From: a virus
Length of the DNA: 64,000 nucleotides
Reading direction: 5' to 3' (one strand)
IMG/VR virus record: IMGVR_UViG_3300027710_001279
Span: 9,043-73,042 of that record
Below are positions 34,538-44,144 of the stretch, in pieces. Numbering within the stretch: the stretch's first letter is position 1; each line of letters starts with the position of its first letter. Position numbers and translations under genes: made by a program. Under the pieces are notes generated by a model, which saw only the letters and a list, made by a program, of their open reading frames with translations, was not told where the DNA came from and made no database searches.

Positions 34538-35074
34538 ATGCCATGGATTGAAAATGTAGGTCTTGGAGATATTCCAAAAGGTCGGCATCACGATGCTGGC
34601 GAGAATTCGATGTTGATTCAGATTGTTGATCCGGCAATGGAGTTTCCTACCCCTATGCACAAGTTCAAAGAGACTCATCAGTTTGAGTTTTTGGATGTAG
34701 AGGAAAAGGACGAAGTGTTGGAAGAAGCTATGAAGTGTAGTCACGAACAAGCTGCCGAGTTGGTTCGCCTACTACAACACGCATTGGCTAATCGAATGAA
34801 TGTAGTCGTGCATTGTCATGCAGGTGTTTGTCGAAGTGGTGCAGTCTGCGAAGTTGGCGTCATGATGGGTTTTAATGATACTGAAGTCTTCCGTAGTCCT
34901 AACCTCCTAGTCAAGCATCGTATGATGAAGCACTTAGGTTGGACCTACGACGAGAACGAGCCTCACTCTATTAACGGTATAGGGCTCGATCCAGATTGGA
35001 CCAACAACAACGAAAAGGTGTTTACACTCGCAGGCGCAAGACGAGAGCGTAGACTAAGAGAAGGTGATATTTAA
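34538..35074 (+). CDS. Cys-based (dual-specificity/PTP-like) phosphatase
   Basis: VHCHAGVCRSG = HCxxGxxR. Confidence 0.88.
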   Translation: MPWIENVGLGDIPKGRHHDAGENSMLIQIVDPAMEFPTPMHKFKETHQFEFLDVEEKDEVLEEAMKCSHEQAAELVRLLQHALANRMNVVVHCHAGVCRSGAVCEVGVMMGFNDTEVFRSPNLLVKHRMMKHLGWTYDENEPHSINGIGLDPDWTNNNEKVFTLAGARRERRLREGDI

Positions 35075-35087
35075 AAAGGAGGGCAAG

Positions 35088-35693
35088 ATGCCTAGTGTAT
35101 TTTTAGTAAGCGATACGCACTTTGGACATACCGGCGTCTGTCGCTTCACACGTAACGATGGTGTTACAAAACTTCGCCCATGGGAATCTGCTGAGGAAAT
35201 GGACGAAGCAATGGTTAAAGCGTGGAACGAACAGGTAAAGCCCACTGACAAGGTTTACCATTTAGGTGACGTTGTTATCAATCGTAAAGCGTTAAAAATT
35301 ATGTCAAGATTAAACGGTGACAAAGTTTTAATTCGTGGTAACCACGATATCTTTAGGGATGATGAGTATAGAACTTACTTCCGTGAATTACGTGCCTATC
35401 ATGTTATGAACGGGATGATCTTGAGCCATATCCCGTTACACTCAGAGTCCATGGGACGCTTTGGTGTTAACATTCACGGTCACTTACACGCAAACCGTGT
35501 GAAGAAGGCTCGCGGTGTTGATGCACGTACTGGAGAAGTTTTATACAGCGATGAAAACGATGTTCGTTACCATTGCGTTTGTGTAGAACAAACTCCAAAC
35601 TTTGCGCCTATACTGTTTGAAGATGTCATTAAGAACATCGAAGCAGAAGGTGGTAGTGTAGGTTTTAAGAACGGCAACGGTCCGACAATGTAA
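35088..35693 (+). CDS. Calcineurin-like metallophosphoesterase
   Basis: SDTHFGH, HLGDV, RGNHD, SHIP, IHGHLH; AGGAGG SD. Confidence 0.9.
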   Translation: MPSVFLVSDTHFGHTGVCRFTRNDGVTKLRPWESAEEMDEAMVKAWNEQVKPTDKVYHLGDVVINRKALKIMSRLNGDKVLIRGNHDIFRDDEYRTYFRELRAYHVMNGMILSHIPLHSESMGRFGVNIHGHLHANRVKKARGVDARTGEVLYSDENDVRYHCVCVEQTPNFAPILFEDVIKNIEAEGGSVGFKNGNGPTM

Positions 35694-35694
35694 T

Positions 35695-35811
35695 ATGATC
35701 TACATTACTAACAAATACAATTCCATCCGACTACCCAATGAACCGGGTATGTTAGATTGGTTATTAGAAAATTATCCTAATTCAGGATATCACGTAGTAG
35801 AGATAAAATAA
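35695..35811 (+). CDS. Very small hypothetical protein (38 aa)
   Basis: MIYITNKYNSIRLPNEPGMLDWLLENYPNSGYHVVEIK* fills the gap exactly. Confidence 0.45.
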   Translation: MIYITNKYNSIRLPNEPGMLDWLLENYPNSGYHVVEIK

Positions 35812-35812
35812 T

Positions 35813-36280
35813 ATGCTAAAATGTTATCAATTGATTGGAGTGCCTGGGTCCGGCAAATCTACTTGGGTAGATAAGCAGGCCTGGGCTTTTTCTTGTGCAA
35901 AAGTTAGCACAGACAAATGGGTTGAAATTTATGCTAAAGAAGTAGGTCGTACCTATTCCGAAGTGTTTACGGATTTCATGCCTACTGCTGTAGACCTAAT
36001 GGCTAAAGAAGTTATTGTAGCACGTGAAATGAATCGTGACATTATTTGGGATCAGACCAGCACGACCGTTGCAAGTCGAGCTAAAAAGTTTCGTATGTTG
36101 CCGGACTATGAACATATTGCCGTAGTGTTTAAGACCCCTGAGCATACAGAACTTATGCGTCGATTGATGAGCCGTCCGGGCAAAGACATTCCAGATCATG
36201 TTATTGCTAGCATGATTGCCAGTTGGGAAGATCCAACTGAAGAAGAAGGCTTTAAAGAAATAAGATATATCGGTCCTTAG
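35813..36280 (+). CDS. P-loop kinase (AAA_33/polynucleotide-kinase-like)
   Basis: GVPGSGKST, IIWDQT, R...R lid, EEGF. Confidence 0.85.
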   Translation: MLKCYQLIGVPGSGKSTWVDKQAWAFSCAKVSTDKWVEIYAKEVGRTYSEVFTDFMPTAVDLMAKEVIVAREMNRDIIWDQTSTTVASRAKKFRMLPDYEHIAVVFKTPEHTELMRRLMSRPGKDIPDHVIASMIASWEDPTEEEGFKEIRYIGP

Positions 36281-36345
36281 TTCAATGGATAGAATGCTTG
36301 GCTTCGAACCAAGCGGTGTGGGTTCGATTCCTGCAGGACCGGCCA
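36271..36345 (+). tRNA. tRNA-Arg(TCG)
   Basis: CTTGG-CT-TCG-AA-CCAAG; CCA; overlaps the kinase stop codon. Confidence 0.93.
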
Positions 36346-36354
36346 TCGTGTCGT

Positions 36355-37185
36355 TTAAATACAATATGCATTAGGACATTCTGTTTTAATTTTTTCTTTT
36401 AGATCTAACAGCCAGTTTCCCGAAATAAGTATATCGTATGGTTTGTTAAAATAATCTTCAACAACTTTTATGTTATTTTGATGATACTGGATAAGATCTT
36501 CCGAACTAATTGGACAGGTCATGTTAAACAATTGACTAAACTCTATTACATTATCAATGGTGTTTAAAAATAAATTATCTAAATTGTAAGGTATCCATCC
36601 GTTGGCAGCTTTTTTACTCATACTTGCGTAATTAAAAAAATATTTAATGGTCAGGTCTACACCGTTAGACATGTTTAATCTCAGTGCTGGTTTTTCAAAT
36701 GAATAGAAATATCCCCTGTCTATTATTTCTTTACTCTTTTCAATTAATTTTAAGTTTTTTCCTGCACACCTAATAACATCATCTTCAGACCCTCCTATAT
36801 TAACCGGAAGGCTCCATCTCTTAATCCATAGTAATATATAAAACAGCGGTGTTAGTTTGTTACTACATAATTTAATACCTGCAAGCCTGGGCAAATTAAT
36901 ATTGTTAAGATCGAGAAAATAATGAGTAGGTAATATTAAATTCTTTTCTGAATACGCTATATCTATTCTTTTGCAATCAGTATCGTTGATGATTAAAGAT
37001 TCAGGCCAATAAGGATTTTTTATGTCAATTCCAAAATTTGCAAAAGGATTTTCTAACTCGCATCGATTAATATCGGAAGTCATTGACGATTGTAAAGAAT
37101 AAAAACTGTCATCTTTAGAAATTTGAGAACATAAAAAATCCCCGCAAGACCCACCTGTGAACCCTAATAGAAAAATGTTTTTCAT
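36355..37185 (-). CDS. Hypothetical protein (possible sulfotransferase/P-loop-like fold)
   Basis: FTGGSCGDFL N-terminus; AT-rich. Confidence 0.45.
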   Translation of the reverse strand: MKNIFLLGFTGGSCGDFLCSQISKDDSFYSLQSSMTSDINRCELENPFANFGIDIKNPYWPESLIINDTDCKRIDIAYSEKNLILPTHYFLDLNNINLPRLAGIKLCSNKLTPLFYILLWIKRWSLPVNIGGSEDDVIRCAGKNLKLIEKSKEIIDRGYFYSFEKPALRLNMSNGVDLTIKYFFNYASMSKKAANGWIPYNLDNLFLNTIDNVIEFSQLFNMTCPISSEDLIQYHQNNIKVVEDYFNKPYDILISGNWLLDLKEKIKTECPNAYCI

Positions 37186-37742
37186 CTAACAATTCCGTTT
37201 TGTAATAACGCCCATTTCTTTTCTTGGCAAGGCCAACACGCTCCACATTCGGGAATTTTGCCTTCACCACAAGTTCCAGTAATATCTAATAATTCACCCA
37301 CATTAAATTTTAAAGCAATTTTAACTAATTGATCTTTAGTAACTTCATAAAACGGCTGCAATACTTTAGAACTAATTGATTTACCCCTATTCGGTCCAGG
37401 AGGTAATTCTTTGGGATTAGCAGTATCGCCTAACAACAAAACATCTACCGGAAACTTCATAGAATCGACTACAGCCATTTTTACTTGAACAGAATGATTA
37501 GCGTCTTTGTTTCCAATTAAGATTGCTTTTAAGTTTTTATTGAATTTTTTATTAATCCAATCTAAAACTATGTTGTTAAAATATAAAGACTTATTTGGAC
37601 GGTCAATAACAAAGATAAGAAATTCATTATCTTTATTAAACTTACAGCACAGGTAAAGTAACAAGGCACTATCAAAACCACCAGATACAAAAATTCCAAT
37701 CTTCTTGTGTGTTTTCAAAATGTCTTTTAAATTGTCAATCAT
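37182..37742 (-). CDS. PP-loop ATPase (QueC-like)
   Basis: VSGGFDS; C-terminal TC...CGACWPC. Confidence 0.65.
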   Translation of the reverse strand: MIDNLKDILKTHKKIGIFVSGGFDSALLLYLCCKFNKDNEFLIFVIDRPNKSLYFNNIVLDWINKKFNKNLKAILIGNKDANHSVQVKMAVVDSMKFPVDVLLLGDTANPKELPPGPNRGKSISSKVLQPFYEVTKDQLVKIALKFNVGELLDITGTCGEGKIPECGACWPCQEKKWALLQNGIVR

Positions 37743-37753
37743 GCAGATATTTA

Positions 37754-37782
37754 TTGACTAAAATTTATCAAGGTAGTATAAT
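37754..37782 (+). promoter_or_regulatory. sigma70-type promoter
   Basis: TTGACT-17-TATAAT. Confidence 0.7.
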
Positions 37783-37798
37783 AAAAATAATTATTAAT

Positions 37799-38320
37799 AT
37801 GAAAAATAAATTTATAAAACTATACATGGATTGGGCAAAACGCTGTGCCGAACTCAGTCATGCAAAACGACTACATGTCGGAGCTGTTATTGTCAAAGAC
37901 GATACAGTTATCAGCTATGGGTACAACGGTATGCCAGCAGGCTGGGATAACGATTGTGAAAATATAGAATGGTGTTCGGCAGGTGGTTGGCTAAGTCCAG
38001 AAGAAATTATAGAAGGTTGGCCATACGAAGGCACATACCTAGACGGAGATGGTAATACGATGCAGGGTCGGTATCGTTTAAAAACTAAACCTGAGGTATT
38101 ACATGCAGAATCAAACGCTATTGCAAAGCTAGCGAAGTCTACTAACAGTGGGCTTGGGGCTGACTTATTTGTTACTCACATGCCTTGTCTCGACTGTGCC
38201 AAGATCATTTATCAGTCTGGCATTGGTCGTGTATGGTATGGTGCTAACTATAGAGATGATTCGGGAATCAAGTTCCTTGAAAAGTCCGGAGTTAAAATAG
38301 AAAAAATATCTAATGAGTAA
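37799..38320 (+). CDS. dCMP deaminase
   Basis: VGAVIV, GYNGMPAG, HAESNAI, PCLDC. Confidence 0.93.
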   Translation: MKNKFIKLYMDWAKRCAELSHAKRLHVGAVIVKDDTVISYGYNGMPAGWDNDCENIEWCSAGGWLSPEEIIEGWPYEGTYLDGDGNTMQGRYRLKTKPEVLHAESNAIAKLAKSTNSGLGADLFVTHMPCLDCAKIIYQSGIGRVWYGANYRDDSGIKFLEKSGVKIEKISNE

Positions 38321-38357
38321 TTGTAGCGTTAAATACTGTTTACATTAGAAATTAAAT

Positions 38358-38993
38358 ATGAACAAACTGTTTTGTCCTGTTAACTTAGATAAAAACTTTG
38401 TAGAGCCATGTGTTGCGTCATCATTAGATTATTGGCATGAAAAATACTATCCAAGAATCTTAAAAGAAAATCTTAAACCGCATAATCTTTATGTTATGCC
38501 CGACGTACACAAAACTGAATATCAAGACTTGAAAAAATATTTTCATAAAGAACTCGGGTTAATATTAAAAAGTATAATTTTATTTCCTACCATTCCTAAC
38601 AAGCTCAAAGATCCGCATAGAGACGGTCCACGATCAGATTATAGTTACAGCGCCATTAATATTCCTGTGGCCAATACAAAAGGAACACTTCAGGTCTGGT
38701 GGCCAGATTTCGATGAATCAAGAGTCAAACAATTTAATTTAACACGCCCAGACGGAACAAAGTCTATAGGATTTGATATTGTCCCAGAATGGAAAGAGGA
38801 AGAGTTTGATCAGGTTCCTAGTGATCATTCTTTAGAGTTGTTGTCTCCTCATTTGCTAAACACCAATGTTATTCATGGCGTAGATAATAGATCAAATAAT
38901 GACTGGAGATTGGTTATGTCTTTGAGATTTATTGGTAACCCAAAACTAGAGCAAGTTAAAGAGCAGATTTTAAACACAAGAGGCCATCTATGA
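38358..38993 (+). CDS. Putative Fe(II)/2OG-like (HxD...H) oxygenase
   Basis: PHRDG, AINIP, IHGVDN, RLVMSLRF. Confidence 0.65.
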   Translation: MNKLFCPVNLDKNFVEPCVASSLDYWHEKYYPRILKENLKPHNLYVMPDVHKTEYQDLKKYFHKELGLILKSIILFPTIPNKLKDPHRDGPRSDYSYSAINIPVANTKGTLQVWWPDFDESRVKQFNLTRPDGTKSIGFDIVPEWKEEEFDQVPSDHSLELLSPHLLNTNVIHGVDNRSNNDWRLVMSLRFIGNPKLEQVKEQILNTRGHL

Positions 38994-39646
38994 GTGTTGA
39001 TGTAAAATTAATGACCATTGATGATATTTTATCTATCCCCAGTGACCTATTAACTACTAACCATGTTGCAGGATCTAAAGTATTAGAGTTAGACGAAACA
39101 GTTTGGAAAAGAAGAGCTATAGGTTATGCAACACACGGTTCTGTAGAAGTATTAGGGGCATACGATGCTGACAAAATTTTAGGTGTTGCGTTTGTTATAT
39201 GGCCTAAACTTTCTCCTGCATATATGATTTCTAACCTAAGACTGTTTCATAACTTTCCTGGGTTTCCTGTAGATAAGAATGGGTATGGTGCATTGTTAAG
39301 CACTGCAATTGAAAAGGGCGAATCTCAAGGTAGATGGGAATTTTATATGAGACGAAACTTAGATTATGGCAGATGGTTTAACAGAAGATACCAAAAGAAA
39401 ACTTATGAAAACATTCCTATTAGCAAAAAATATCTAAGATCTGTTGAAGAAATAATTCCTGCTAATAATCAATCAAAATGGATTGCTACTAATACATTAT
39501 GTAATAATGAAATTGTCGGTGAAGACACAATTATTGTAAAATATTTTTGTCCACAGAACGAACGTAACACAAATTACATTCCCGAAGCTATGAGAATAAA
39601 GCACAAAAATACTCTTGATGTATTAACTAATTATAAACCAGAGTAG
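38990..39646 (+). CDS. Hypothetical protein, GNAT-like
   Basis: VLGAYDADKILGV, NGYGALL; similar layout to 46135..46746. Confidence 0.4.
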   Translation: MSVDVKLMTIDDILSIPSDLLTTNHVAGSKVLELDETVWKRRAIGYATHGSVEVLGAYDADKILGVAFVIWPKLSPAYMISNLRLFHNFPGFPVDKNGYGALLSTAIEKGESQGRWEFYMRRNLDYGRWFNRRYQKKTYENIPISKKYLRSVEEIIPANNQSKWIATNTLCNNEIVGEDTIIVKYFCPQNERNTNYIPEAMRIKHKNTLDVLTNYKPE

Positions 39647-40374
39647 TCTATGTAGGTAGTAGTCGGTGAGTTGTCCACCATTACCTTGTCCTTAAATTTA
39701 GAAATACTGCGTTCTAGTAAATCTCTATATTTTTTTACGTCTAGCACATACCTCCAGAATACAAATATAATTTTTTTGTATGCTGGATCGTAGGTACTAC
39801 CGTGTCTCACTCTTAAGTTATTGAATACAAATGAATTGGTTTCGGATAAATCCGGGTATATTCTTTCCTTTGATTCATTTTCAAAAAACAAAGTTGGGGC
39901 AGGGTTCTCATCATGAATCATTAACCTAAACGACAAGGGAGTATCAAAATAATAACTATCATCTCTATGAAGTAGTATAGGTTTATAGCTTGACCAGATG
40001 TTTATCCAGTGTAATTCTTTAAATGGCAAATAGTCTAAAATCTGTTCTCGTAACGCTGGAAATTTTAAAAACATATCTTCTTGAAGATTTATATTCCATC
40101 TTGTTTTTTCAGGAATACCCCATTCTGTATAATCTACAGAAAGGAAAGGACTACTTCCAGGAATTGCGTTGCTTTCTTTATCGTTGTAAAGTCGTTTTAT
40201 AGGAAGTGCTTTTTCAAAATACCAGCTAGCAAAGTTGTCGTCTTTTATAAGGGGAATATCTAAGGGAACAAAACAATAATTTTTATAGTCTTGTTCTAAC
40301 TCTTTAATCTCGTTGTCAAGGTTTGGAAAATACTTAAACTGATTCTCCCTCGCACTATTGGGGATTTTATTCAT
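39631..40374 (-). CDS. Putative HxD...H oxygenase
   Basis: LLHRDD, FVFNN..RHGS; paralog of 52183..52983. Confidence 0.6.
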   Translation of the reverse strand: MNKIPNSARENQFKYFPNLDNEIKELEQDYKNYCFVPLDIPLIKDDNFASWYFEKALPIKRLYNDKESNAIPGSSPFLSVDYTEWGIPEKTRWNINLQEDMFLKFPALREQILDYLPFKELHWINIWSSYKPILLHRDDSYYFDTPLSFRLMIHDENPAPTLFFENESKERIYPDLSETNSFVFNNLRVRHGSTYDPAYKKIIFVFWRYVLDVKKYRDLLERSISKFKDKVMVDNSPTTTYIDYSGL

Positions 40375-41153
40375 TTTTTTATTTTTTCAATAAACCATGC
40401 GGCAATATCAGGTTCGTTATCTTTTTCACCAAACTTATATTTTCCGGGCCACTTATGATGATTATTATGATATCCTGCACCTAATGTAATATAGGCTAAC
40501 CAATGAACATTTTTACTGTTGTCAGGAGTATTGTAATTTTGATAACCTTTAGTAGGATGATGGAAATAAACGTTACCCAAATCTTCAATCAGGTTAATCA
40601 AGAACCACCCGCCTAATGTCATAAAAAACAAACCAAAATAAATGTCTATTAAGTATGCTACGCCAACTGAACCCCAATAAAATTTATGGTAATGTCTATG
40701 AATCAGTTTTGCTAGAGAGTTTTTATAGAGCCAACGGGGAGCAACACCTGGAACAGTTTCTATAGGCTTAAATATTTGCCATCCAATAAATGCATTAAAA
40801 AATCCATTAACTGGACTATGCACATCTTGTTTAGTATCTGAAAACCTATGATGGTGATAGTGTAATCCGGCCCAGAAGATAGGACTACCCTGTCCTGTAA
40901 GTGCTCCACAGATTATAAATGCATTTTTCCAAAAGTTGTTTACTTGAAAACTGCTGTGAGATATGTATCGATGATAACCTATTGCCGCTCCAAAAATTCC
41001 TAATATATAGAAACCTAAAAACGCATAGAGTAAAAATAACCATTGAAAATCTGTAAACAGAACATAAAACGATACAGCGGTCAACAAAAAGTTAGGTAAC
41101 AGAATTTTAAAAAAGTGACTGTTTAATTGCATACGGATATTTACCTTGGCCAT
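40371..41153 (-). CDS. Membrane fatty-acid desaturase
   Basis: HRYISH, HYHHH, HNNHH; start uncertain. Confidence 0.88.
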   Translation of the reverse strand: MAKVNIRMQLNSHFFKILLPNFLLTAVSFYVLFTDFQWLFLLYAFLGFYILGIFGAAIGYHRYISHSSFQVNNFWKNAFIICGALTGQGSPIFWAGLHYHHHRFSDTKQDVHSPVNGFFNAFIGWQIFKPIETVPGVAPRWLYKNSLAKLIHRHYHKFYWGSVGVAYLIDIYFGLFFMTLGGWFLINLIEDLGNVYFHHPTKGYQNYNTPDNSKNVHWLAYITLGAGYHNNHHKWPGKYKFGEKDNEPDIAAWFIEKIKK

Positions 41154-41175
41154 ATATGAGTGCATAATTAATAGT

Positions 41176-42609
41176 ATGACTACTGTTGATTTTTTAATTT
41201 TTTCCGGAATAGGTTCTGCAGAGGAAACTTTTCATAAAACTCCAAGTAAACCCTGGAGATCAATAGGTCCTTCAAAAATTGCCAATAGTCTTAGAAATAA
41301 TGGATACACTGTTCAAATAATTAACTTTGCTACACTCCTTACCTACGAACAACTTTACAAGATCTCAAAACAGTATGTTGGGCCTAAGACGTTATTAGGA
41401 GTTAGTACTACATTTTTATACAGCGAATATAATTCTAGTAATGCATACGAAGGTCTACAAAATGTAGTAAAGCAATTGAAACAAGAAGTAGGATCTAAAG
41501 TTATTTTAGGTGGTCCTAGTGCTCATGCCTATAAAACATATTTCAATGCAGATTATATTGTTAACGGATATTCCGAAAATAAAATATTAGATTTATTTGA
41601 TCAAATTTTTAATTACGGTATAAAAAGAAAAACACGGTTAGATTGGGATATAAAAAGTTGTAACCATCGATGGCATGAAAGTGATCGGCTACAACCAGGA
41701 GAATCTATTCCTCTTGAAATTGGGCGAGGATGTATTTTTACCTGCAAGTATTGCAAGTTTGATATGTTAGGAAAGAAGCGAGGGGAGTATGTCCGTGACA
41801 TGTCTATGATTAAAGACGAAATAATTGAGAATTTTGAAAAATATAAGATTACCAATTATATGATAATGGATGATACGTTCAACGACGATGTTTATAAATT
41901 AGAAGACTGGTGCAAAATGGTAGACTCCTTGCCATTTAAGATACAGTATACTGCATATTGTAGAGCAGATCTTCTTTGGAGGTATCAAGATATTAGCAGA
42001 GAATTATATAGGACGGGCCTAATTGGATCGACATTAGGAATAGAATCAATGAATACCTATGCTTCTAAAATAGTAGGAAAAGCATGGAGTGGAAAACATG
42101 CAAAAGATTTTATTCCTTATTACATACATGATATATGTAAAGGTAGAACACTTACACAGATTAATTTTATTATAGGACTCCCTGGAGATACACTTGATGA
42201 TATATGGAATTGGGTACATTGGGCAAAAGAAAATAAAATTCCCACAGTCCATGCTCAGCCGTTGGTAATTCGACCACCGAGATTATTTCCAGATGATCCA
42301 GTGTTTAGTGAATTTGACAAAGATGCAGAGTCTAAATATGGTTATAGCATTCCCAACGATAAACGACCTTATGTATGGAAAAACAACATTATGACTTGGT
42401 TTGACGCCAGAAAAGAATATCGTAAAATTTATGATTATATTTCTAATAATTTTTGTGACTTATCATGGCACGGATTTTCTTCATTAAGTCTAGGATACTC
42501 TGTTGATGAAATACAGAGCACATCGTTGATAAAATTTTATGAAGACCCAGTATACACTGCTAGATCGCAAGCCTGGCTTGATAACTATGTAGAGTCTTTT
42601 AATGGTTAA
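41176..42609 (+). CDS. Radical SAM protein with B12-binding-like N-terminal domain
   Basis: ILGGP, RGCIFTCKYC (CxxxCxxC), DDTFND, GIES, FIIGLPG. Confidence 0.9.
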   Translation: MTTVDFLIFSGIGSAEETFHKTPSKPWRSIGPSKIANSLRNNGYTVQIINFATLLTYEQLYKISKQYVGPKTLLGVSTTFLYSEYNSSNAYEGLQNVVKQLKQEVGSKVILGGPSAHAYKTYFNADYIVNGYSENKILDLFDQIFNYGIKRKTRLDWDIKSCNHRWHESDRLQPGESIPLEIGRGCIFTCKYCKFDMLGKKRGEYVRDMSMIKDEIIENFEKYKITNYMIMDDTFNDDVYKLEDWCKMVDSLPFKIQYTAYCRADLLWRYQDISRELYRTGLIGSTLGIESMNTYASKIVGKAWSGKHAKDFIPYYIHDICKGRTLTQINFIIGLPGDTLDDIWNWVHWAKENKIPTVHAQPLVIRPPRLFPDDPVFSEFDKDAESKYGYSIPNDKRPYVWKNNIMTWFDARKEYRKIYDYISNNFCDLSWHGFSSLSLGYSVDEIQSTSLIKFYEDPVYTARSQAWLDNYVESFNG

Positions 42610-42670
42610 CGTTTTAAAAAATTACCCCCGTGATATTTAAAACTAAATACCAAAATACTTAAAAGATACC

Positions 42671-43450
42671 ATGAAAAAAATTATCGAAACTCTGTTACAC
42701 TATCAGACATTATACGTAGTATGGGGAAACATGATTCTGTTTGCTGGTTTACTATATTCTCTCCCATGGTCATGGTGGCTTCCGATCTCATTGATTGCTA
42801 GTTACTATGTTTGCACAGCAATTTCTGAAATTACAGTTCATCGATATTTTAGTCACAAATCTTACGAAGTTAGTGACTTTGGTGAAAAAGTTTTACTATT
42901 TTTAGCTTTATTTGTAGGACAAGGATCTATTGTGCATTGGGTAGCAGTACATCGTCAACACCATGCATTTGAAGATACTCCTAAAGACCCGCATAGTCCC
43001 TTATTTGTTCCTCTCTGGAGATTATTTTTAGGAATTTTCCCTCGATTAGATTACAAACGATCGTTAGTTGCAGACCTGTTAAGAAGTAAGCATAAGAATT
43101 ATATTCTGTTTGAAAAAAAATATTACCTTTTATTGTGGACTGCAATATGGACAATAAGTTTTTTAATTAGTCCTTGGTTAATGTTGTTTATTGTAGGCGG
43201 ATCAGTTCTTTGGTTTTTAGGAACAGCTCTTATTAATTTTATTGGGCATAATTCGAATAATGAAAAACGATTTAAAAATGATGTAGGATATAACAGCAGT
43301 TGGTTAAATCTTGCAACAGGTGCTGGGAATCATAACAATCATCATGCAAGACCGCAAAGTCATACATTTAAAGTAGATAAAGAAATTGATATCTATGGCA
43401 GTTTAATCGAACTCTACGCAACTAAGTTAAAAATTGAAAGAACTAATTGA
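42671..43450 (+). CDS. Membrane fatty-acid desaturase
   Basis: HRYFSH, HRQHH, DPHSP, HNNHH. Confidence 0.88.
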   Translation: MKKIIETLLHYQTLYVVWGNMILFAGLLYSLPWSWWLPISLIASYYVCTAISEITVHRYFSHKSYEVSDFGEKVLLFLALFVGQGSIVHWVAVHRQHHAFEDTPKDPHSPLFVPLWRLFLGIFPRLDYKRSLVADLLRSKHKNYILFEKKYYLLLWTAIWTISFLISPWLMLFIVGGSVLWFLGTALINFIGHNSNNEKRFKNDVGYNSSWLNLATGAGNHNNHHARPQSHTFKVDKEIDIYGSLIELYATKLKIERTN

Positions 43451-44144
43451 AGTTGGCATGCCGCATTTAGTTTACCATGGGTTAGATCCCGTATGGTTAC
43501 TGAAGTATATAGGGCATAAACATTGGAAATTAATAGAACATGTCCGTCCTATTAATAAAGATAACCAACGACTCTATGCAAGTTTTTTTGCAGCCAAGAT
43601 AGATTTTTTAAACGGGCAACAATCAATTACTGAAAAAAGCACAATAGAGATTAGCAGTGAAGTTTTTAAATTTAATAATCTAATCTACAGATCATCACAC
43701 ACGGTTAATGATATCTGTGTAACATTAGACAGTATTTTTGTTAGAAAAGATAAAGTAGCAGGTCTAATTAAAGACGAACCTGCTTGGTCAAGTACTGATA
43801 TTCCATATACAAAAGATACATTCTTAGAAGAACATAGTGAACTAAAAAGAAAATTAATGAATGTTGACTTTGCTACAGCAAAAGAGTTGGTGTTTAATCC
43901 AGCAGTATTGTTTAACGGAGTTAAAATACTTTATTGTGCTAATTATCTAAGTCTAGCATTGTTAAGCGAATGGATCACTTATCAAAGTTTACTTGACCCT
44001 ATTAAAAAAATAGAAATATTTTGGTTTAAGAATATTAGTGTTGGGGATAAAGTATATGGAACTACTTCAAACAAAAATAACGTATTTGAAACAGTATTAA
44101 TTTCAAATAATAGAGCAATGGGTTTCTGCAGAATTTACAGATGA
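43434..44144 (+). CDS. Pnap_2097-like biosynthetic protein (possible hot-dog fold)
   Basis: GMPHL...WLLKYIGHKHW...RLYASF...FNGVKILYCANY; family recalled from motif, not searched. Confidence 0.55.
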   Translation: MKELIEVGMPHLVYHGLDPVWLLKYIGHKHWKLIEHVRPINKDNQRLYASFFAAKIDFLNGQQSITEKSTIEISSEVFKFNNLIYRSSHTVNDICVTLDSIFVRKDKVAGLIKDEPAWSSTDIPYTKDTFLEEHSELKRKLMNVDFATAKELVFNPAVLFNGVKILYCANYLSLALLSEWITYQSLLDPIKKIEIFWFKNISVGDKVYGTTSNKNNVFETVLISNNRAMGFCRIYR

